In this document: positions 53,515-64,000 of the stretch, piece after piece
Position numbering within the stretch: the stretch's first letter is position 1
Layout of the letters: each line of letters begins with the position of its first letter
NCBI GenBank assembly: GCA_951406725.2
Contig: OX597816.1
Coordinates: 22,382,001 to 22,446,000 of the forward strand
Source: Octopus vulgaris
Taxonomy: Eukaryota
Reading direction: 5' to 3'
Length of the DNA stretch: 64,000 bases
Notes under the pieces: generated by a model
What the model was told of the DNA's origin: nothing
The model's database searches: none
Seen by the model: only the letters and a program-made list of their open reading frames with translations
Position numbers and translations under genes: made by a program

Positions 53515-53803
53515 TATGTTTGACTTTTGCTTTATATTTGTACAAGTTGGCTCCAAGTCTCACCCAGAGACCTCAAGAGACAACAGGTTGGAAGTTCATG
53601 TTGTTGTTATGCCTAGTGTGCCATATAATTGGGGGGTGGGCGTTGTACTAATGAATGTCTAAAAAAATTTTTTTTTTTTTTTTTTTAAACCGAAAATTAT
53701 GTTTGTTTTAAACCTTGAGATTACATAGAAACTATTTTGCGTAGGATATGAGCACTTCCCATGAGCACTATCTTTTGAATTTCTGCCATTTTTGGGTTTC
53801 CTG
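53514..53803 (-). mobile_element. 3' end of an R4-clade (Dong-like) non-LTR retrotransposon in (TAA)n
   Basis: 53801-53721 encodes GNPKMAEIQKIVLMGSAHILRKIVSM*, matching the R4/Dong terminal QKxVLLGTAHILRK motif; (TAA)n on both sides. Confidence 0.8.
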
Positions 53804-53804
53804 C

Positions 53805-53858
<54 letters not shown>

Positions 53859-54901
53859 GAGAGAGCAGTGCATGCCCTCAAAGTGACACTGGAGTAAAAT
53901 ATACCAAGTCCAGTATACCCATCATAACTACCCGACTGATAAAGGTACACAAGGCACATGCATCGCAACCATATGCGCGCGACCTGATGATCTCATATCA
54001 AGATAAACAGCACATGACCTTGTAGGTGGGGCCCAGTTAGAATTTTCTTCTCGTCGAATAAGCCGTCCGCTCAAAAAGTCCCTGAATAAGGGTTGTTTAA
54101 GGATGTTGAACAAAATACCCATGTTTCCAGATGTGAATTATCCAACCCCCAAAGAATTTCTCTCAATACATGAGTATGATACTCCCCCACTACTTCTGTT
54201 CGTGACCAGAGATGCACATATCGTCAGCCACTAAGGAACATGCTCAACTGGTTATGGTCAAACAACTGACACGCAAATCTGTGCTATTGAGCAGAATATT
54301 TGCTGTAGCCCATCTTTTATACCAAGACAAAACAATGTACATGATAACACTTCCAATCAGTTAAGATCAGAAGTCTATTATTATTATTATTATTATTATG
54401 AGAGAGCAGTGCATGCCCTCAAAGTGACACTGGAGTAAAATATACCAAGTCCAGTATACCCATCATAACTACCCGACTGATAAAGGTACACAAGGCACAT
54501 GCATCGCAACCATATGCGCGCGACCTGATGATCTCATATCAAGATAAACAGCACATGACCTTGTAGGTGGGGCCCAGTTAGAATTTTCTTCTCGTCGAAT
54601 AAGCCGTCCGCTCAAAAAGTCCCTGAATAAGGGTTGTTTAAGGATGTTGAACAAAATACCCATGTTTCCAGATGTGAATTATCCAACCCCCAAAGAATTT
54701 CTCTCAATACATGAGTATGATACTCCCCCACTACTTCTGTTCGTGACCAGAGATGCACATATCGTCAGCCACTAAGGAACATGCTCAACTGGTTATGGTC
54801 AAACAACTGACACGCAAATCTGTGCTATTGAGCAGAATATTTGCTGTAGCCCATCTTTTATACCAAGACAATATACCTCCAATCAGTTAAGATTAGAAGT
54901 C
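53859..54901 (-). mobile_element. Two near-identical tandem family D elements (53859-54375, 54400-54901), each bounded by (TAA)n
   Basis: 541-bp offset; identical 64-aa ORFs 53928..54122 and 54469..54663. Confidence 0.85.
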
Positions 54902-54902
54902 T

Positions 54903-54933
<31 letters not shown>

Positions 54934-55855
54934 TTCAGGTCACTGCCTGGAATCGAACTCCGAATCTTGGGGTTAATAGCCCGCTCTCTTAAGCAGTACG
55001 CCATATGCCCGGAAGGTATATCCGCCGAAACGTTGTATTAACAACAAACAAGATGAGGACAAATATCTGTCAAATGTAAATAATGTACATAATTCCTCAT
55101 CTCTTAAATATAGAACAGCGTATCTCTGGTTCTGAAATGTAATAAACTTGCTATTGTGAGGTAAATAGCTGCAAACAACTAATATAATCACTTTAAGTGT
55201 TTGTTATGGACGATGTGGAATTTATGGTGTGCAATAATTTTATTAAGAAATCCACCCCCACCCAACTGGAGATGTTTGACTGAAAATAATTCAAGGTAGT
55301 TGGTCATTCTATTATTCATAAATATTTCTTTGCCTATGTGTGCATGTGCGTGTGTGTGTGCGCGTGTGCGGCTATGAGATTTGAAATATGTGCACATCAT
55401 ATTTAAACAGGCAGAACTACAAATGCATACACACGTGCGTGCACGTGCACACACATCTATATATAAACTCATTAATGAATTTCCACGGGCCCATATTGTT
55501 TTTTTTTCAAATTCTGTAAAAGAATTTTAAAAGCTAAAGAAATTTTCTCTTTTATTATACATGCTACAATCTATATATAAGTGTATGTTGTGTGTGGGGG
55601 ATGTATATACATGCGCACACGCATATATGTATATACGTCTGTATGCATGTGTATGTATCTATGCGCACGTATATTTATATATGAATACACGCACACATAT
55701 ATATATATATGTATGTGTGTGTGTGTGTGTGTGTGTGTATCTATGTACGCGTATATTTACATAAGTATATACACACATGTATGCTTATATATGTGTGTAA
55801 ATATTTCTATACTTACACACATTTATATATATGTATATATCTACATATATATATG

Positions 55856-55981
<126 letters not shown>

Positions 55982-56085
55982 CATATATATATACATACAT
56001 ATATATACATACCTCTGTGTGCCTGTATCTGTGTGTGTATCTATGTACGCGTATATTTATATATGTATATACACAGATATATGTA

Positions 56086-56143
<58 letters not shown>

Positions 56144-56727
56144 TAAATATATATATATATATATGCATTTGTCTCTGTGAATAAGTGTGCGCATGTATTA
56201 ATGAGAAACTCCAAAAGTGTAAAAAGAAAATTAGTTAACAAACAATACATTCATTGAAGTGGAATATGAAAGTTATAAGCTGAAACAATTGTAAATGAAT
56301 GGTTTAGAAATTTTATGCAATTCCTACGAAGTTGTTTTCCTTTATAATGTGAAACGTTTTCTTTATCTTCGTCAGTTTTTTTTATTCTTGTTTTCATTTT
56401 TTTTTTTTTTCGTATTTAGTGTAGCGTAATTTTTTTCATGCTTCAGATATCACAACTTCAGAGCGCTTTTGAAAACAGGAAAATAAGGCTGGAAGTAAAA
56501 TGCTTGATTCCCATAATACTAGATGAAATATCTTTTTTGAAAGCATAGAACTAAAAGTAGAATTTTCAAATAAAACGAAAGGGGAAAAATGATCTAATTT
56601 TTCTAAATTATAAACAGCGTTTTGATCAATCAATAAATTATTCTGGAAACATTATCATGGTCTTTATTAGGGCTTCTCTACAATAGTTTGGTCTGAAAGA
56701 GGTCAATAAACCTATATTCTTATTACG

Positions 56728-56960
56728 AAGGCGGCGACCTGGCAGAAACTTTAGCACGCCGGGCGAAATGCGTAGCCGTATTTCGTCTGCCGTTACGTTC
56801 TGAGTTCAAATTCCGCTGAGGTCGACTTTACCTTTCATCCTTTCGGGGTCGATAAATTAAGTACCAGTTACGCAATAGGGTGGATGTAATCGACTTAATC
56901 CGTTTGTCTGTCCTTGTTTGTCCTCTCTGTGTTTAGCCCCTTGTGGGTAGTAAAGAAATA
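56728..56960 (+). mobile_element. SINE family B, tail 1, 15-bp TSD
   Basis: TATATTCTTATTACG on both sides. Confidence 0.92.
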
Positions 56961-57909
56961 TATATTCTTATTACGTAGTTTTAGGCACGCCATCTCATAT
57001 CCTTAATGTATTCCTTGAACGGAGGATTGCAGGAATGACAGGTTCAAGCGGGTTGAAGATCTGTGAAGAAAGAAATAGCTGTAATGGTTAATGAAGGAGA
57101 TGCAGAATGGAAACAAAACAACGGAGACAGCAACTGAGAATCGCCTGAGGAGATACATATAGATCTTCTTATACCCGTAAATCGTAACATAATTTAATTA
57201 GTCATTATTAGGGCTCATCTACAATGGTTTGGTCTGAAGGAGGTCAATAAACTTATGTTCTTATTATATAGTTTATAAGCACTCCATCTCATACCCTTAA
57301 TATATTCCAGATATTGATGGACGATTGCAGGAATGATGGGTTCAAGAGGGTTCAAGATCTGTGAAGAAAGAAATGGATGTAATGGTCAATCAAGGAGATG
57401 CAGAGTGGAAACAAGACAAAAACTATATTTCTTTTTTTATCTTTTACGCGTTTCGGTCGTCGGACTGCGACCATTCTGGAACACTTTAAGTGGGTTCAGT
57501 CTAGTAAACTATAAGTGTGGTACTGTTTTATCGGATTTTCGCCGAATCACCAAGTTACGAGGACGTAAACAAACCAACTGTGACTGTCGATCGGTAGTGG
57601 AATGGTACACACACACACATACACACACACACACATGACAGGCTTCCATATAGTTTCGACAATAATACAAAACTGAAAAAAAATATTTTAGAACTTGTTA
57701 AATTTCTTCCAATCCCTTGAAGTTTTTCAAATTTTCATCTGAATATATTCAAAAGACGCAATTTTGATGTAATTTCTCATGATAATGACGAAAATCATTC
57801 CATTTTGCCCTTAGAAATCAATAATAAAGACGTTAAAAGCCTTTACATTTTTTTTTTCTTTCCACGATAAAAAATATAAAAGAAAGAAGTGATAAGTGAG
57901 TGAGATATT

Positions 57910-58149
57910 GCCTTCTCGAATCATACCGACTCATAAGGACCTGTTACCCTGTTTCATGGAGTATAAATTCCCTACCTGGACGAAACGACGGTCCGTCACA
58001 GGCTTATTCGTTTTTGCAGCTGAGTGGACTGGGGTAGCGTGAAATGAAGTGTTTTGCTCAAGAACAAAAGACGTCGCCCGGTCCAGGAACCGAAAACACA
58101 ATCTTACCCTCATGAGTCGAACACGCTAACGACTAATCCACGCGTCTCC
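57910..58149 (-). mobile_element. tRNA-derived SINE with V-domain-like centre (family V); older fragment at about 1225-1320
   Basis: Minus strand GGAGACGCGTGGATTAGTCGTTAG head, TTCTTGAGCAAAACACTT, CCTGTGACGGACCGTCGTTTCGTCCAGG. Confidence 0.6.
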
Positions 58150-58204
58150 GCCGAGGGAGATGTGCCTGAGTGCAGTCACACAAAATCTGCCCGAGTTACT
58201 AAGA

Positions 58205-58348
58205 GCAGCAGCAAATGTAGTAATAATCCTTTCTACTATTGGCACAAGACCTGAAATTTGGGGCAGGCGATTACTCGATTACATCGACCCCAGTTCGTAA
58301 CTGGTACTTATTTCATCGACTCCGAAATGATGAAAGGCAAAGTCGACC
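58205..58348 (-). mobile_element. 5'-truncated SINE family B, tail 2
   Basis: GGCACAAGACCTGAAATTTGGGG..TAACTGGTACTTATTTCATCGAC..GAAAGGCAAAGTCGACC. Confidence 0.8.
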
Positions 58349-58363
58349 ATATATATATGTATG

Positions 58364-58495
<132 letters not shown>

Positions 58496-60491
58496 ACATT
58501 GTTGATAGAAAGTACAGTTTCAATTTCAGGACGTTTAGAAAAATTCAAGATGTTCGGAAAAATTACGTAGAGTAATTTGCCATGTTTTATTTTGTACGAA
58601 CATTAAAACGTTTTCGACCAAAATATTTAGTCAGTTTCGTTAGCAGGTTCACGTCCTCAATAAATTACTTGCTTGATTTTCCATGTGTCAAATAAATATT
58701 TGAAAACAAAAAGAGCTTATAAATCTCCTGCAGGAAATAACAATCTACAGATTTTAAAAATAGTAGTCATTAGTCCCAAAATGTTTATGATCCTACGTCG
58801 TATTTGTTCTCCAATTATATTTTCAAACTTAATTGAACAGCTTATCTGTACCCATGTCTGTGTTTATAAAGTAAGCTTTCTTCACTTTGTTTCTCTGTTA
58901 TTCAATTTGTTCTCTTTTCTACCTGCGTTTGATCAGATATAATAACACAAGACAAAGACCTTATCAAGACAGACATAGAGTTACAATAACTTGGTTTCTA
59001 TCTTTGTTGGTTTTCTAAATATATCTAATGCAGTAAACACTGTCTAAACTGCTCCAACAATGAGTTATTCGTCTATTTCTTTTCCTTATTTTTACGGTGA
59101 AGATGGCTATCTATATCGATTAACAATAGTATTTACATGTCACCATCTAGCGGAATTTTGTAAACACCACTCCTGGTAACTTTCGAAATTTTTTGTCCTA
59201 CCTCTTTATGCATATATTTTGCGCTATTTTATTGATAGGTTTCAATTTATGTAGCTCATTTCAAATTTCTTACGCTCTATCTGTTTGAAATATAAAGTTG
59301 TGGATTTTGTTGTTTTTTTTTTTTGCTTTCCATTTTTTTTTCTTTTGGGGTTTTATTTTCTGTATTCAAGAGATTACTCTAAATCGATTTTTTTTTGTTG
59401 CATTCCCTTTGCTAAATTGAATATCACACTTGTAGTGTGATGTTCTTCAATATTATCCCGCATATTATCCCGCATTGTGATGCATTTTATATATAAATAA
59501 AGATTATAAAATTAATAAGTACTAGAAAACTACTTATGTCCTGATATGCATAAAGTTACTTCGGCTCGTTATCTCGACCATTGGCGGTACTCAGATGAGG
59601 TTATTTCACTTAATGTACGTTGGAATTCCCACTGAAACCGTCTTGCTAATTTCAATAGTATTGTTTACAACCTTATCGTATGTTTTTCATTGTTTTGTTG
59701 TTGCTTTATTTTACTGCAGATTAGAGTTTGCAATAATAAGACAATCATTAGGCAGAAACAATTAACTATTTTCCTATTCAGATTTCAGTTCCCCTGTCAG
59801 TATCACACCTTTGCGCATGCCATTTGAAAAGGTGAGTGAAATGAATTAAGCTCGTTTCACGAAGTAATCAGGTTTGCATGCATCAGTCTAGTTGTGACAA
59901 TGAGTACCATTGTAATTCGCCGATGCGTATTAAGGTAATGGGGAACCTACAAATTATCTAGGGACAAGCATTTGTAGAATACAAGTAAACTAAGAAACTT
60001 AGAACGAAATCTAGCTTCCTTCATTTCAGCCAGGTTTCTTTGTCTACATGATCAGGTGAAAATTATTATTATTAATCTACTGGAAAGTTTTAGCTCAGTA
60101 ATTGATTTCTAAAAGATAAATGAATTGTAGTATATGACAATTCTCTGAAGAATTCTCAATATTTAAATTTAATATTAATTCCGTTATCCTAAAGCACTAT
60201 TGTGTTCCATCCCTCCCATATATCCCATTCTCTTTCAAGTACTCACTTTGCCCTTATTTCTAAAGATTCTCTTTCATATATATATTTTTTTCTCCAAATG
60301 TACTTGTAATTCCCTTACTAAATTTCCTCCTATTCTATTTCCTTTCCATTGTATAGATTCGTTCGCTATCCGGTTTTTCATTTACTGTCATTCTCGTTAA
60401 TACTGTACTGCAACGTTTTATACCAACACACAATTAAATGAACACTCATACACATCCGTACATACATGCATACGCATATACATACATACAT

Positions 60492-60522
<31 letters not shown>

Positions 60523-60573
60523 CTCATGTATATAAATATATACATACATAATCATGTTTATAAATATATATAC

Positions 60574-60607
<34 letters not shown>

Positions 60608-60671
60608 ACTCATGTATATAAATATATACATACATAATCATGTTTATAAATATATATACATATATACACAC

Positions 60672-60724
<53 letters not shown>

Positions 60725-61289
60725 TATATATTTGTGCATATATTGGTATGTATATACATAAATACATGCACACATATAGATATGTATATACAAACTTTCA
60801 TATATTGGAAAAGAGAGCGAGAGAGAGGTTGGAAGCTAATAATTATAGAAAGAAACAGATATACAAAGTTTATGGCCTCGTCATGAGTACTGCCTGACCC
60901 GTTGCATATAATTGTTAATTTGTCTATTTACTCCTACGCAAACACAAGATCACAACAATACAATCAAACGCGCATATGCACAAGTTCACATACATGATTT
61001 CCAGTTTCTATTTTCCCATTATTCCTTTTCCTTCCGTAGATACTTATTCTGAATTATCTTCTCTCTGCTGTCTCGATCTTTTGATTTGTGTAATTATATC
61101 AGCTTTGCATTTCTTCCCTTTTACATTTTATGTTGCTTTTCAATTCATTTCCACATCCGCTTCACATCTGCAATTCTCTTCTACGTTTGCTTCCTTCATT
61201 CGTTTGTTTCAATATGCTTATATGTGGCGATGTCCTTCATTTAACCACTGTTACATCTCTACCTTATTAACTGGTGGCACATAATATTT

Positions 61290-62262
61290 AAAGTGTTGAA
61301 TGTCAGAGAGAGAAGGAGGGGAGATAAAGTCAACGTGCAAGAATCAGAATACGAGATAGAAGAAAGATGGAAGGGATACTGGGAGCTGGTCACAGATTTA
61401 GAAAGACTAGGAATATTTCCACTAATAGAAACGACAAAAAGACCAGACTTAGTCCTATGGGACAGAGAACGGAGAATAAGAACTTTGCTAGAACTGACAG
61501 TGCCATGGGAAGAGAACCATCGACAGAGAAACGAAAGGAGAAGAGGTACGAAAAACTAATCGAAGAGTGCAGAGAACAGGGATTGACTTTTGAGTATTAC
61601 CACTTGGCAGTGGTGGTTAGGGGCTTCATTGAACGAAAAATGACAACACTATTCAAAAGAAGATTTCTTTTTTCTAGCTCGGAGCTGAGAAAACTAATAA
61701 GGAGAGTACAGGAGGCGGTCGAAAAAGCCAGCTTCTATATATGGCTGAAACGGGAAGACCAAAAATGTCTTGAAAGTCATAACATGCCGGCAAGAAAAGA
61801 ACATCACTAGGTGAGACAGGCTGACATTGAAGTAGGTTCGCTGATTGGCAGGTGACGGTCTCGTTTGGAGAATGCCTGGGTTAAAACTACGCTCCTTCAT
61901 TGGTCAGTTAAGTTGAGACAGTGTCATGTGACAACTTGCTGGGGCTACCTGCTGCAGCCTAGCAGCAGGTATGTAAAGGGAAATTTGACAAGACAGCCAG
62001 TCGCCAGCTGACACTCGATGACGCTACATCGAAGAGGCCAGGGAACAGTAGAAAGATGGAGAAAGAAGACATGCACTCAACGCCAGAGATGAAGACACCT
62101 CCGAAAGGGAGGCCCCGCCACGTCAAAACGGTAGAGAAGTACGGGCCAAAACCGGACGTGGTTCCTCCTGATGATCTCTTGAGCTTATTGGATCCTGTAA
62201 AGGAGCTGTTGTGGTAGCAGACCACGAAACATGGCTGAAATTCCTCCATTCCTAACAGGTAT
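61290..62262 (+). pseudogene. 3' part of an RLE-type non-LTR retrotransposon (HERO/NeSL-like) with frameshift and GC-richer 3' UTR
   Basis: WELVTDL..TTKRPDLVLWD..LLELTVPWEEN, frameshift, RKEKRYEKLIEEC..VRGF..EKASFYIWLKRED; PD..E endonuclease motif present; stop at 61810. Confidence 0.85.
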
Positions 62263-63558
62263 ATACTATTATTTTTCCGTATAATTTTCTATTCTCAAGA
62301 ACCCTTTATAACTATTCCACTGTTCAAATATTGCATATCTCTTTAATTGTTATGTTCTGTTTTCCTGATATGGGTACAACAGAGACCTATCTTACAACAG
62401 GTCTCAGACTTAGTAAAAGTTTGATAGTGATATTAATTGCAAAAGGGGAAAATAACTACAGTGAAGTGAACCATACAGAATATGTATCTAATAAAAAAAA
62501 GTGTCTATAAGATTTATACATCATAAAAATGTCAGTGTGTCGTCAAGAGAGATACAAAAATTGCCTGAGGTTTGGCTGGAGTCACACTTGGTAAAATAAT
62601 ACCTAAATAGTTAAGAAGTAAACCATAGGAAGTTGAAAGTTGCAGATACGTCCGGTAATATCTAGACAGTCTTTTTTTTCTATGCTAGCCTAACAAAAAT
62701 AGAATGAAATCTGTGATCAATAGGAAACACATTCGTTTTTAAATTACCGTAGTCCTGACAGAAAGCGTCACCATTAAATTCTAAAATGTTCCCTTAATGA
62801 TCAGTAAAATAGCCAATATACTTCGCAGCAATAATATCCTCCTTCTTTTAAAATGACAATTAGCATTATTAGTTTTATAATTCCTTTACTTTTTATATTT
62901 CACACGTGTTTGTATACACAAAGCAAATAGTACAGTTGCAAAAGAATAACTAAGTTGACTGACCATATATTTCGTAATGTGGCCATCTTAGATAAATTGA
63001 ATTCAGTCTATAAGATGAAAACATATAAAACGTAATATCCACAATGACGATAATGTAATATTTATTCTTATCTCAGGAAACATATAGTAGCTAGACTTGT
63101 GTAAAAACAGAGCAAGTCTCATATAAATATTTGAAATAATGGTGGTATTGATTCTATTATATTTTATCTTGTGCTATGGGTTTGTGGGAGTAGAGATAAT
63201 TGTGAAAGCTGAAAGAAATTCATTGAGACATCCAGAATATAGATAATTCAGAATTGGCGAAAATGAAGCAAGGAAGAGATCAAATATTTCACTATTAAAA
63301 CACGTGTGAATGCAGCTTACTTTCCTCTGTATTAACTGAGATTTGAGATTGACATGTAAATCTAATGTCGGTTTAGTAAAATTTAGGCTTCTCAGTTATG
63401 CATTGTGCTGTGTATATTTAAGATCGAATTCTGGAGAGCAGTAACGCTCCCGACAATAGATTTACAATTGATTAGTCAGTATCTAACTTGATTTTTGGCC
63501 CTCAACCTAGGTTACATCGCGTCGAAAAATAAGATATTTAATCGGAGCTAAGTACTTG

Positions 63559-63838
63559 TAGATGATGTCCTGGCTGTTAAAAAACAGGGGGATTCATGAG
63601 CTGCCTAGATGGTGTCCTTGCTTTTAAGAAAAGGGGGCACCATGAGCTACCTAGATGATGTCCTTGCTGTTGAAATAAGGGGGCATCATGAGCTTCCTAG
63701 GTCATGTCCTTGCTGTAGAAAAAAAGGGGCACATGAGCTACATAGATGATGTCCTTGCAGTTGAAAAAAAGGGGGCATCATGAGCTTCCTAGATGATGTC
63801 CTTGCTGTTGAAAAAAGGGGGCATCATGAGCTTCCTGA
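63559..63838. repeat. Minisatellite, 6 units of ~46 bp
   Basis: TAGATGATGTCCTTGCTGTTGAAAAAAGGGGGCATCATGAGCT(A/T)CC repeated. Confidence 0.92.
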
Positions 63839-64000
63839 TGGACTTCTTTTACCTCGCTTTTTAAGTATTCTTTTATTCTTTTACTCTTTTACGTATTTCA
63901 GTCTCTTGACTGCGGCCATGATGGAGCACCACATTCACAGGGATTTTTTGTATGTATGTATGTATGTATGTATGTATGTATATATAAATATGTGTGTGTA

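Larger units (their letters stand above)
53293..55009 (-). mobile_element. SINE family C split in its (TAA)n spacer by three insertions; head 54935-55009, hammerhead and tail 53293-53460; inverted tail copy at 55011-55116
   Basis: Reverse complements of the family C head and of the CATCGAAAAATAC...CTGATGA...GAAACGTTGT block flank the nested elements. Confidence 0.85.

Noticed and set aside
53983-54012. CTGATGA in family D as a possible hammerhead core
   Set aside because: No GAAA after the stem, and the copy at about 35933 reads ATGGTGA
58960-59210. Faint Merlin-transposase-like words on the minus strand
   Set aside because: Too degenerate to support without a profile search

Overview
AT-rich eukaryotic (animal) DNA dominated by microsatellites ((TA)n, (TG)n, (GATA)n, (TAA)n) and dispersed repeats. 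The repeat families look like those of an octopus or other coleoid cephalopod; this is inferred from recalled SINE sequences, not from a search. No complete protein-coding gene is visible and most listed ORFs are translations of microsatellites or SINEs. I can resolve five tRNA-headed SINE families (labelled A, B, C, G, V), non-autonomous Helitrons, a TIR MITE with an 8-bp TSD, and decayed 3' ends of R4/Dong-, HERO/NeSL-, RTE- and CR1-type LINEs plus a Helitron Pif1-like helicase relic. The most notable structure is SINE family C: a Pol III tRNA head, a (TAA)n spacer and a Penelope-type minimal hammerhead ribozyme, twice found with an inverted partial copy head-to-head. Its (TAA)n spacer is itself a landing pad for a Dong-like LINE and a 0.5-kb passenger element. 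Also noted: ordered multimers of SINE B, a candidate (GATA)n-associated partner LINE, several long non-repeat hairpins with G-U pairs on the + strand, and one candidate first coding exon at 17204.
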